Shown here: positions 23,368-34,951 of the stretch, one piece after another | Layout of the letters: each line of letters opens with the position of its first letter | Numbering within the stretch: the stretch's first letter is position 1 | Source of the DNA: Rhynchopus sp. YZ270_cl-10 | Taxonomy: Eukaryota | Direction: 5' to 3' | Assembly: GCA_964035575.1 (NCBI GenBank) | Contig: OZ037845.1 | Location: 1,364,001 to 1,428,000, forward strand | DNA: 64,000 bases | Notes under the pieces: generated by a model | What the model saw: only the letters and a program-made list of their open reading frames with translations | Told to the model about the DNA's origin: nothing | Database searches by the model: none | Position numbers and translations under genes: made by a program

Positions 23368-25753
23368 ATGCCTGATAGTGATGTCGATGAATTCAGAGAC
23401 CAGAAAGTGGCAGAACTGGAGGAGGAGATAAAGAAGTTGGAGGAGAGGATCGACAATATCGACAAGAAGTTTTGCGAAGCATACGACCGCGGTACCCATG
23501 GCTTCGAAAAGAACACCTACACTGGCGACATCTACTACACCGGCCAGGAGCAAGAAGTGCAAAGGGCGTTCGCACAACACGACGAGCTCAAGAATAGGCT
23601 CAAGGTATGACGCCAGATTCTTGTTGTTTCTAGTTATGTACATTTATTTTCACACCCTTACAGAGTAAAATGGAGCTGTTGAATGAGGAGAAGAGGCAGC
23701 AGACGTTGGAGATGAAAAGTCGACGTATTGTATGAACACAATCCCCGCTTTTGTTCTTGTCTTGGCACGTTCCTCGTACGATATGCGAAGTTGTGTTTGT
23801 GAGTTGCCCTTTTGATCTCCCGTTCTCGGTTGCATCTCTGTGTAGTTTTAGGCAAAATTGAATGAACATTTCTTCTACTCACAGGTATCCATCGAAGAGG
23901 TCATAGCTCATGAAGACTTCGTAAAAAATCTGTTGACCCCCCGTGACTTTTGCCGGCTCTCATTTTCCAAATTCCAGCACTCAACTGAGGAATGGAAAGA
24001 GGAGTCACTCAAAATCGTGACTGACGCACTTATCTGCCAAAAAGGCAACACTGACAAACAGGACAGGAAGCTGTTTTTCGTTCCATCAGGGATGGGCGGT
24101 GGCAAGTCACGGGTACTGTCGGAACTGCGCACCATAATTGAACCTGAGCTCCGTGACGATGTGGCCCTAATCGAGCTTCGAGTCAACTTCGAAAATGGTA
24201 CATCTATCCTGCCAAGCGAACATTCTTCAAACAATAGATCCGCTGTTGTTGCGAAAGCACTGTTGGACAGGATAATGTACCACTTGATTGGAGGGGGAGG
24301 GGTCGTGCACTTTGAAGACTTCCGCAAGAAGAGGAAATGGGACTTTTGCCTTACTACCCTCTTGGAGGCCATACAAGTGGAGATGCGAGCTAAACTTAAG
24401 AAGAACGCTGTGATAGTGCTTGTGAGTGTTGATGGAGGTCACCATATGGATCAGAAGGGCGCGAGGTACATCGACAAACGTGTTTATGAGGAGAGACAGG
24501 GGTGGTACGATGACAGTGCGCTTCGAGCTATGTTCGGCGAACTTCGAGGCGCGTTGGTGTCGGTTCAGTATGTGATGTGTGCTGTGTCCTCCACAGTGAC
24601 TCTCCCGATATTGCGCACCATTGAAGGCTCACATACCATATACAAGGCTGTGCTACATCCACCAAGACTGACCCAGTTGCCGGAGGAAATCACGAACAAC
24701 ACCGTAGTAGAGCATGGTCCGTACTTTGTGGATCTGTTTGGAGAACATCCTCGTACAATGGAGTTTCTGCTCGAGGTAGAAAAGGAGAGCATATCAGAGA
24801 TTATGGACTACTGTGCTGAGCAGTTGAGGATACGTTACCACGAGTTTGTCGCGACACTGTCCGCGAATGAGTTGAATGACCTCTTGCGTTACTCCCTCTC
24901 TGCCACGTGCACCAAGACATCACCAGTCGGGGAGAAGATTGTAGACGATGTGATGAGCCTTGGTTTGCTGACACTCTCTGATGCAACACTTCGGATTTCC
25001 CCTGTCCTGCTGTATGCACTCTGGAGGGGTTCAGGCGCAGAGTTTCCGATTCTTAAGGATTGGCAGCCCTTCACCAACGACACAGATGCACGAGGGTTCG
25101 AACGGTTCAACGGCTATGTGCAGTGCGTTCGCTCGAAGGTGTTCAGAGGCGAAGTCCCTCTGACGGAGTTTCTCCACGGAGTAAGGTGGTGTTCGACACC
25201 CTCACAAACAGTGACGCCTGTGCCCTTGGAGTTTGTGCAAGCAAAACACCAGCTGCACACAGCCTCTGAATGGAAGGGACGGGTCATCTCTGATGGACTG
25301 TCCAAAAACTCTGCTGCCAACCCAGGAGAGAGCACCTTAGTTGTAGGCAAAAATAAAACCATTTGTCTGCGGGGCCACTGTGTGATGAATGCTGACCAAG
25401 CCTCCGCAGGTGACCTCTTCTTTCCTCTAACCAAGGGGACTGAGACAGTTCATGTAGTCACACAGGCTAAGCACTCCCAAAGTGACGTTGGGGATGTCAC
25501 TCTTTCGAACAGCCAAGCCAACAAGAACGCCAAAATTGCAGCTTCCAAAGGGGATGTCTACCTTCTTGTGACGAAGAAGCGCTTGCAAAATGATGCACTT
25601 ACAGAGCTGTCAAAAGAAGTGAGCTCAGGTGTGTGCGCCGGTGTTGTCGATGCACACAACTTTGCGTCTTACTTCGGTCCTTTTTCCAGCAACTTCCCTC
25701 CAGCCACTAGAAAGCGTAAGAGGGAAGAGGCTCCAGTGCGCAAGGAGGGATGA
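23368..25753 (+). CDS. Crinkler/RHS (CR)-type protein: coiled-coil header + P-loop NTPase + restriction-endonuclease-like domain; predicted exons 23368-23604, 23664-23729, 23885-25753
   Basis: Walker A-like GMGGGKS, Walker B-like VLVSVDG, HPRTME, C-terminal N...A.AGD...QAKH; two phase-0 GTATGA..CAG introns join the upstream ORF in frame. Confidence 0.75.
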
Positions 25754-27145
25754 TGTGTTCTCGTGTAAGAAGAAGACAAAACAGAAAACAATAAAATAAA
25801 ACATACAAAAAAATAGAGTTTAGTCTTGGCATCAGGGATTACGCAGCTCCCCCAAAAATAAAAAAAGTACGTATGGATTTTCAACACGTACAATTCTAAG
25901 CAAAAACAATTAAAAACCGCGCGCGCTTCGCGCGCGCTCTTTCTGGCAAAGTTGGTTGAGAAGGGCTGTGAAAGTTCGAAGAACTGGAGAAATCATCAGT
26001 CATGGCACTCAAATGTTCCTGGCGAAGCCACGGTACGCAACACTTCTTAAAAATCTTGACACAAAATGGCACTTTCGTTGGTAACTATGGTCCAGTTCCG
26101 TAAATTTTACTTCCCTTTTGATAAAACGAAAGTTTCTGGCGAAGCCACGGTGCGCAACATTTCTTAAAATTGCGCTTAAAATTGCCTCTTATGTCACGGG
26201 AAGGGTGTACTGCAATCTAGCGCCGCAGGCGCACGGTGCGCTACTTTTTTTCTTTCGCCATGCTGCATGCTCCTTTTCCGGTAAAATAGAAAATTGTCTC
26301 CTACAAATAGAATTCTGTAGGGGGTAGGTGAGAGGTGGGGCGGAGCCCCACCCCTCACCTACCCCACCCCAGCCCCACTGCAAAACCCAAAATACCTACG
26401 TATGGACACGTATGGATTCCACCTTTTCAAAAACAATTCACGTATGGATTTCCATACGTTCCACACGTGGAGCGTAATCCCTGCTTGGCATTTGTCCTAT
26501 TTGCGGCGCAGAAAAACTGGGTAACGGAAAAAAATTTACCCGAAAATATATTGCCAAACATGTCTTTGCCGCCCAGGGCGTCAAAATATTCAAGTTAATG
26601 AAAAAGTAACTGACTACATGTCAGGTACTGCTTGGGCGGTGAGTTACGAAGCCCGGGAGAATTTTTAATTTTGTGTTATTTTTCATTTTTATATTTTTCA
26701 AACACCCCCACCCACCCCACCCCACCCCACTCCCTAGTAAACTTGTTTAAGCAGCTCTGCTGCGTCTTGGGGGTCTCTCGATTATATATTTTTAGGCTTC
26801 GCGTCCTGCATGTTTATTGTCCACTTGCATCTGCAAGGTTGGAAGAGGGTAACAGGGGAAACTCATTAAAAATCACTCACTCATCAGGATTTTTTGTGTT
26901 TCCCCGGTCTCACCCTCCGTACGTTAACTTCGCATAGTGTTTTGCCAAAAATTAAAAGAATGGGGCGGTAGGGTTTTTTATTCGGATTTGCGTTTTTGCT
27001 TTTTGCTCTTATATACACACGGTGGACTCTTTCTGGAAAAGGGCAACTATATTCCGGAGTTCCAAAAAGGGGGAGTATCAACTCCCCCTTTCGGGAGTGA
27101 AAGGGGGAGTCGAAACTCCCGAAAGCGGGAGTTGATACTCCCCTA

Positions 27146-27686
27146 GGCATACACTCGATGCGAGTCGCATTATCGCAGTATCGCACAAATCTGGTCTGGC
27201 GAAAAATTATCGCACAATTATCGCACATTATCGCACATTATTGCACCATTATCGCACATTATCGCACTATTATCGCACGGTTCTCCGTGGTCAAATACGT
27301 GGAAAATACACCCCCCTCAACGCTTTTTTTATGTTTTCGGGTCATTATTAACTGTAAGGGAGACTCCCGAGGAGAAAACCTGTAATTTTCAACAAAACAC
27401 GACGCCCATATACCCACAGCAACACAGTACACAGTACACAGTACACAGCGGTTAGAGGGGTTGGGGTGTTGGGGGATACGGGAAAATGGGGTTACTTCAT
27501 CTATTTTGCGACAGAAACTTTCCCTGGACACTACATGTCCCCAAAAACGAAACACAGGCCAGGCCTTCCCTTGTACCAAAATCCTCTACGTGTGCGATAA
27601 TGATTATCGCATGCGATAATGGTGCGATAATGGTGTGCGATAATGCGATAATGATTATCGCATGCGACTCGCATCGAGTGTATGCC
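27146..27686. mobile_element. TA-flanked MITE, TIR GGCATACACTCGATGCGAGTCGCAT, internal TTATCGCA repeats (shorter copies 42273-42479 and 49082-49288)
   Basis: 25-bp TIR with TA on both sides. Confidence 0.85.
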
Positions 27687-28081
27687 TAGGGGGAGTTGGT
27701 ACTCCCTCCCGTTGGACCTCTTTTTCCCTTGCCATTTGCCCGAAGGAGTCCACAATACACGCATTTTTGCCTATGCAGTAGACTCTTTCGGCAACTATAT
27801 TCCGGAGTTCCAAAAAGGGGGAGTATCAACTCCCCCTTTCGGGAGTGAAAGGGGGAGTCGGGACTCCCTCTCGTTGGACCTCTTTTTAAGTTGCCCTTTT
27901 CCAGAAAGAGTCCACCGTGTATCGAGAGACCCCCCCACCCCACCCCCTGCTGCGAAAGTAAACAACAATAAAACAAAAAAGAACAAAATAAAGTAGCAAA
28001 AACAAACAAAACAAAACTAACTTTCAATACCCCTCAGGTTTTGGGGGGTACCCCCCGGGGTACCCCTCAAAGGGTCCAATG

Positions 28082-30645
28082 CACCACGCTGGATGATAGG
28101 GCGATTTGGTAGGTTCACATGATATGTCACATGATAGAATTTATCATGTGAACATATCATGTGACCTATCATATGAACCGGTAAATCCTATCATGTGACC
28201 TATCATGTGAACCGGTAAATCTATCATGTGAACTATCATGTGGACCGGGAAATATATCATGTGAACTATCATGTGACCTATCATGTCACCTATCATGTGA
28301 ACCGGTAAAACTATCATGTGAACTATCATGTGAACCAGGAAATATATCATGTGAAATATCATGTGGCCTATCATGTCACCTATCATGTGAACCGGTAAAA
28401 CTATCATGTGAAGTATCATGTGAACCGGCAAATATATCATGTGAAATATCATGTCACATGATATTTCACATGATACAATTATATCATGTGAAATATCATG
28501 TCACATGATATAATTATATCATGTGACATGATAGGTGGCTATCGCCGCCCAGGGAAAGGGACTCTCGAAAATTTTTTTTTGCCCTCTGTAGGGCTAATTT
28601 CGACGATTTGAGGCCATTAAAAGCAAAATTTGGCACTTTTGAGCATCTGTGGGGGTCTAAAACGCGGTTTTGCGTTACGCGATTTTTCATGGATTTTTTA
28701 CGAAAGACAAGTCGATTTTGGACCAAAAATCGGGCGTGGTAGGTCATAAAATGACCCAAAAAAATCCAAAGAAAACCTCGCATTGACATGTTCGTGAAAA
28801 AACTTGACAAGTCAAAATTTCACCCCCTAAACTTTTAGAACCAGAGGTGCGCATCGGTCGAATCAGTGCAGACAAGGTATGGTTTCATCTCCCCCACAAA
28901 AAAATATAATTTTCACTAAACATAGGGGTTTTACACTACCTTTTGCATCCCTGTCTTTTTACATCCTCAAATTCAGGGGAGCCATTTTTCTTAAAGTCAT
29001 CAATTAACTTCTTTTCCAAGCGACCATAACTTAATCACACCCCACATTTACACTCATCACAGGATCGTGAAATCTGGACTGTATCAACGATTGCGATGAT
29101 AAGGTTCGGCGCGTCTCCGACATTCAACAACTCACGCGCGTGCACCCGTATCAATTCTACGGATTGCGGACGAAATTCTGGGGGTGGAAGGGCCGGGTGG
29201 GTACCTTTTGTCAGTCACTGCTATAGCCATTAACCAGGGAGCATAGCTGGTGCAAGAAATTCGACTTTGGAAACCTTCCGGAAAGTCTGTCCTCTGCTTG
29301 CGGAGGACGAGGCACAAGAAAATATTGCGTTCCCCCAGAAAACCAGTGCACATTTCACACTCCTTGTGGGTGGTCTTGTTGCCTTTTTTGTCACAGTAAT
29401 TTTGGCCCAGGCATGCTCTCGAAGCATGACAATTTAGTGTGTATGGGGCAGGGTGTTGTTTTGTTCTGAATTCTCTTTGTTATAACATCTAAGTCAATCG
29501 CGGGTGGTGGTTTGTGTAGCGTGAGGCACTCTTTTTAACAAACTTCCTGCAGTTGCTATGCACTGTTATTTCTTCGGATTTATCATCATACAGCGTAACA
29601 TAGTGGATTAGCCTGGTCGACACAACCTTTGATAGATATGGGATAACCAACCCCCTTCGACCCCTCGTGGGTTCACTGAACAAGCCCTAGTGGTAGTTAA
29701 ACGCGATTGACATTTACATTCCTAGAGATGAAAGAACAAGATAACACTTCTGTACCCGCGCATCAAAATTGTGGAAAACTTTGCACCCCAAACACCCTCA
29801 ACAACGCCCGCCAAAAGGTGTCCCTTGTTGCTGGGACTTGGTTCTCATTGATACCTGCACAGCAGGAATTCCTCTGAGTCCAACGCAGTTTGGCCTGTCT
29901 GCAGTGTTGCACCGAAGGTGTACGAAGACAGGGTCTGGTGGTAAATTTTGCGTAGTGTCGCATTCCCTCAGGGAAGTTTAAAAATTCTTGAGCTCGGTTT
30001 GTTGTGAAAGACATATTCCACCATGTATTGAGGAGGGTAAGACAGTGTTCGCAGTTTCTACTTGATAGCATTACAACATTTAACTTCTCCACGGGGGTCT
30101 TGGGCCGTTCATTCGGTTCTACCTTGACTACCGGAAGATATTCTTGAGGCCTTTTTGGTCTCTAGAATATCCGGTCTTCCCGAACGGAGGCACACTTTGT
30201 GTGTTACTACGACCTGGCAATTTCCAGCAGTAGGTTAAGTAATCTTTCTTGTAAATTGTTGGAACATTATCTCCTCAGTGCATGGTGGAAGACGTCTTTG
30301 ACAACTAACTGAGCTCACGAATTTTTTCGTGTGTAACTTATGGGCCCACATGATCATGTGTATATCATGTGAAATATCATGTGGTATATCATGTGAACCG
30401 GGAAGTCTATCATGTGCTACTTAGGTCACATGATAGGTCACATGATATACCACATGATAGACCACATGATATTTCACATGATATATTTTCCGGTTCACAT
30501 GATAAACCACATGATAGGTCACATGATATGCCACATGATATTTCACATGATATATTTTCCGGTCCACATGATAGGTCACATGATATACCACATGATAGGT
30601 CACATGATATACCACATGATATACCACATGATATTTCACATAATA
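28082..30645. mobile_element. Second copy of the CACCACGCTGGATGAT / CACATGATA-array element, right end not seen
   Basis: Same terminus, array, the 7085-7200 block and the 1.25-kb internal block as 6785-13556. Confidence 0.65.
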
Positions 30646-30699
30646 TATTACCCCCGGACCGCCCCCGGGACAGCACTGCCACCGTTGCTCGACCACATT

Positions 30700-31790
30700 C
30701 TCGGCCATATTTTTGGTTATAACCCCCGAAAAAGGGCCCCCGGAACCCCAATCTTTCCAAATTTCCACCACATCCCCACCCAAACACCGCAAAAACACGA
30801 CAGAAAATCCTCTTAAAAAACACACTTTTTTCAAAAAGGTAATCAGGCAGGTTCCATAATGACCTTTTTGAAAAAAGTGTGTTTTTAAAGACGATTTTCT
30901 GTCGTGTTTTTGCGGTGTTTGGGTGGGGATGTGGTGGAAATTTGGAACTATCTGGGCTCCCAGGGTCCTTTTTCGGGGGTTTTTAGCCATTTCTTGACCC
31001 CTATATGGGTCAAACAGCATGCTGGAGTGCTGCCGGAGCGCTGCCATACCATTGCCATACCATTTTTTTTTGATGTAAAAACACCAAAAAAACACTTCCA
31101 AAAGTGTCAAATATGTCCAAAACAGGTTGGAATGGACTCACAGGCCACTTTTGGGGTATATTTGTGCCAAAGGAGGCTTTGTGATGTCAAAAAATAGCCG
31201 TTTTTTTGGTTTTTTCTTGAAAAATTGCTATCGTCAGACAGGCTCCATAATGACCTTTTTGAAAAATGTGTGTTTTTTAAGACGACTTTCTGTCGTGTTT
31301 TTGCGGTGTTTGGGTGGGGATGTGGTGGAAATTTGGAACTATCTGGGTTCCCAGGGTCCTTTTTCGGGGGTTTTTTGGCCATTTCTTGACCCCTATATGG
31401 GTCAAACAGCATGCTGGAATGCTGCCGGAGCGCGGTCAGGGTATTGCCAGGGTATTTTTTTTGACGTAAAAACACCAAAAAAACACTTCCAAAAGTGTCA
31501 AATATGTCCAAAACAGGTTGGAATGGACTCACGGGCCACTTTTGGGGTATATTTGTGCCAAAGGAGGTTTTGTGATGTCAAAAAATAACCGTTTTTTTGG
31601 GTTTTTCTTGAAAAATCGCTATTTTGCCCAACATGGCCAAAACGTGAAAAAAGCCGTTTTTTCACTATTTTTTTCCATTTTTTTGTATTCTGGGGTGGCT
31701 TCTGGGTCGTTTTTCGGCCCACAGGCCCCCTGTGACCCACTCTGAGGGTGTTTTTCACCTGCAGTTGCCTTGGAAATGACCAGAAGTTTA
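30700..31790. mobile_element. Rearranged foldback element related to 42690-43886, with a ~390-bp tandem duplication
   Basis: Inversion centre AAAAAACACACTTTTTTCAAAAAGG..CCTTTTTGAAAAAAGTGTG at ~30815-30885; duplication ~30856-31230 / ~31243-31620. Confidence 0.7.
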
Positions 31791-32388
31791 ATAATGAGTT
31801 TTTGGTACGGTCATTTTACTCACAGTCGGACCCCCTACCCCCCCCCCCCCCCCCCCTTTTTTCTCAGAATTTTCTTTGACAAAGGTGACTAAGCACCTGA
31901 GGCTTAGGATCATCTGGTCAACTTTCTTTAGTTTCAGTGTTAGCGACATATCTTCAAGCATAGTAATTCTCTACCTCTTCCCAAAAAAAATGAAGAAAAG
32001 GTACTTTTGGATGAGTCCAGAAAGAGCGAGATAAAGAACCCCCTATTTGCCAAACCCTTCTTATTCGCTCTTTTTTCCAAAAAGAGCCGTAAATAACGTT
32101 AAAGAAACAATGAATGAAACGATGAAACGATTTAAAAAAAAGCCAGAATTTTTCCCCTTTTCAGTTCGACAAGAAACTTGGCGACCAAATAATATTGGCG
32201 GATTTTGGGGGTTTTTCTTGCAATTGGCGACTTTTTTGCTAATATTACTTCCTACTGTGGTGTGGCTGAAAGGGGGTGCTATTGTTGTGCTACTTTCTGC
32301 TATTTTCTGCTATTTTGGGGTCGGTCACACCATACTGTATTTCAATTTTCCTCTGTCACTTCTCATCAACAGTCTTTACACAAAAATA

Positions 32389-33528
32389 ATGCAAGAGGCC
32401 GCCCCTACACAGAACACTCCAAACAGGCTTCGGAGGGCGGAATGGGTGTTGTCACAACGGAGTGATGAGGTGCTTCTTATACTTGAGAAGACCTGCGACG
32501 TGCATAACATACAAGCCGTGAAGCGCACTGCTGAGTCTATGGGGGTGCAAAACCTTTGGGTCATTCGGCCTTCCTACCATAAGAACGGCACAGCAGAGTC
32601 AGAGTCTGCCACGTCCCCTGCGCCGGCACCTACAGACGACACACCACCCTTCAACATTATCAACACATTCCGCGCATTTCTCAAACAGAATCACCCTGAG
32701 AGCATGCCTGCGTACAATGCAGAAAAGGTCTCATCCAATGGAGGTGGCGATATCTGGCGTGCAACGTGCACTGTTAATGGGGTGTGCTATGTTGGGGGTG
32801 CAGATTTTTCGAAAAAGGTTGCGATGCGGAAGGCGGCGGAGACAGCGTTGAAGGTGTTGGACTCTTCTTATGTTCCTATCGCTGCGACGGTTGTCGTTGC
32901 AGGGCAAAGCGAGAGACAAAAGGAGGAGCACATCACGAACAGCACAGCGCTGAGCAGAGGGGCAGATCGGTGGCTCAGTGTCAAAGAGTTTGACACAACC
33001 GGCTCCTGCATTGCCGCTGCAAAGGAGCTAGGTTACACCCTCTGGTCCACGTCGCTCTGTGAACACGCTGTTCCATTAGAGGTTGATACACCGTATGAGA
33101 TGCTCCCGGGGAAGCTTGCGTTGGTGATCGGCTCCGAGGCTGCAGGGGTGAGCAAGGAGATGATAGCTGCAAGCGAACAGTGTGTCTACCTCCCCATGTA
33201 CGGATTCATGGAGTCGCTCAACCTCAGCGTCGCTGCAGCCCTGCTCTTACAACGAATTTTTGACGTAAAGGTGCGTGGTGCCAACCGTGGAACTCTCTCA
33301 ACAGAGACAAAATGTGCACTAAGAAAGCGATGGTGGTCTCAACTAGCAAGCACCGACACAGCAGCGAAAAAACTTGCCCCATTCGAAAGAGAATTCCTAT
33401 CAGGGCGTTGCCCCCCTCTAAGCGACAGCAGAGAAAGCAGGAATGATACAAAATCGGTTTCAAAACGGTTTGAACGAGCCAACCCTGGGCACGTTGAAGG
33501 GAATATGAATTCGGTAGGTGGAAAGTAA
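32389..33528 (+). CDS. SpoU/TrmH-family RNA 2'-O-methyltransferase with an inserted dsRNA-binding domain
   Basis: ILEKTCDVHNIQAVKRTAESMG, LVIGSEAAGVS, LPMYGFMESLNLSVAAA; dsRBD-like ..WRATCTVNG...G..FSKKVAMRKAAETALKVL. Start at ATG 32389 because the upstream ORF extension overlaps a repeat. Confidence 0.88.
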   Translation: MQEAAPTQNTPNRLRRAEWVLSQRSDEVLLILEKTCDVHNIQAVKRTAESMGVQNLWVIRPSYHKNGTAESESATSPAPAPTDDTPPFNIINTFRAFLKQNHPESMPAYNAEKVSSNGGGDIWRATCTVNGVCYVGGADFSKKVAMRKAAETALKVLDSSYVPIAATVVVAGQSERQKEEHITNSTALSRGADRWLSVKEFDTTGSCIAAAKELGYTLWSTSLCEHAVPLEVDTPYEMLPGKLALVIGSEAAGVSKEMIAASEQCVYLPMYGFMESLNLSVAAALLLQRIFDVKVRGANRGTLSTETKCALRKRWWSQLASTDTAAKKLAPFEREFLSGRCPPLSDSRESRNDTKSVSKRFERANPGHVEGNMNSVGGK

Positions 33529-33947
33529 AGGAAAAATTCTGGACTGTTATATTATCAATATAGGTGGAGATTTTGCAACTGATTGGCAAAAAGAGCGATT
33601 CGCTTCGTCCAAATTCGGGCAGGGGGAAAAAAAGCAGTCAAATTAAAAAGTTAGACAAACAGAGTGGACGCATTATCTTAGCACACATCAATTTATTTTT
33701 TGTTGCAATGTGCTGTTTCGCTAACCCCTCCATCTTTTATTCTCATCCTCTGTACAGTGGAAGACGTACACAAATAAAACAGAGTATCAAAAGAAAAACT
33801 GAATCCGATCATTATTTATACACCAATTTTTTTCACTGTCACGAGAGGGCTTTGTATTTCAAAAAAATCAAAATTATACCCCCAACAAACGCACCCTTCC
33901 CCCTCTCACGTTAGGATCCACTTCAAAAGGCAAAAAAAACTATAAAA

Positions 33948-34673
33948 ATGGATGTAAACGTAGGCAGTCTCGCGTCTCTTACAGCTGGGGTGCTGATTGG
34001 AGGTGTTGTGGCCAAATGTGTTCTTTCTGGGCCTTCTTCTTCTTCTTCTTCTTCCTCCTCTTCCTCCTCTTCCTCCTCCCCTAGCACTCCCCTTTTGCGT
34101 CTTAACGTTGTAGTCGGATCGAAAAATCGGTGTAAAATTGCTGCAGTGGAAGCTGTTTTTGCGAAGCATTTCCCTGCAATATCTGCTTCGGTGATTGGAG
34201 TAGCAGTACCAACTGGGGTGAAGGATCAACCAATCAGCCTACCGGAAACCTCAAGGGGAGCACGCAACCGGGCAGAGGCTGCATACAAAGCGAAACCTTC
34301 TGAGTCAAATGCGATGCACATCTCTGTTGGAATTGAAAGCGGGCTGTTTGAAGATAACGGCAACCTATATGATGTCTGTATATGCTCCATCTACGACGGT
34401 GAAACACACATGCAAGGATACAGTTCGGGCTTCCAAATTCCCGAGAAAATAGCAAGGTTCATCACAGAACCACCACACCATGAGCTAGCAGATGCGTGCA
34501 ATTTGGGAAAGCTTACAACAAACGCAGAGATTGGGCAAGATGAAGGTTGTGTCGGGATTCTCTCGCGTGGGAGGGTGAACAGGCAGGCGCAGACGGAGCA
34601 GGCGATACTCATTGCAATGCTTGCAGCAGATCCTAAGTGGTTCACCTCTACCTTTCCGGAGCGCGTATTTTGA
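33948..34673 (+). CDS. yjjX: YjjX-family inosine/xanthosine triphosphatase with N-terminal hydrophobic segment and poly-Ser linker
   Basis: VVGSKNRCKIAAV, GVKDQP, GARNRA, VGIESGL, G.VGILSRG..NR motifs. Confidence 0.85.
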   Translation: MDVNVGSLASLTAGVLIGGVVAKCVLSGPSSSSSSSSSSSSSSSPSTPLLRLNVVVGSKNRCKIAAVEAVFAKHFPAISASVIGVAVPTGVKDQPISLPETSRGARNRAEAAYKAKPSESNAMHISVGIESGLFEDNGNLYDVCICSIYDGETHMQGYSSGFQIPEKIARFITEPPHHELADACNLGKLTTNAEIGQDEGCVGILSRGRVNRQAQTEQAILIAMLAADPKWFTSTFPERVF

Positions 34674-34951
34674 ATGCAAATAAAAAGCTAGGACTGCTTT
34701 TTTGAACCTTCGATGTCGGCTCTTTGTTTCTCAGATGTAAACCACGAAATGGATGTGGGACTGCATGGTTAGAGTCCACCCCCCGGTACATAGGGTTGTA
34801 GGGTTTTATCGGATTCTGTATCATAGATGTGTTGATCTCAAAAAAAAGGCTTTTTTTAATTTCTCCTATTTCCCTTTCATCCACCAAAGCACCAAAAAAA
34901 AATCAGAAAAAAAACCACACAATTTTGCATTTGAGATTACTTTGAAGAACG

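Noticed and set aside
25917..25937. CGCGCGCTTCGCGCGCG hairpins (also ~5381, 54574, 55389) as terminators
   Set aside because: Eukaryotic context; these recur within repeat remnants and their element boundaries could not be defined
32047..32388. N-terminal extension of the SpoU ORF
   Set aside because: Non-ATG start; first half lies in a repeat duplicated at 15.7-16.06 kb
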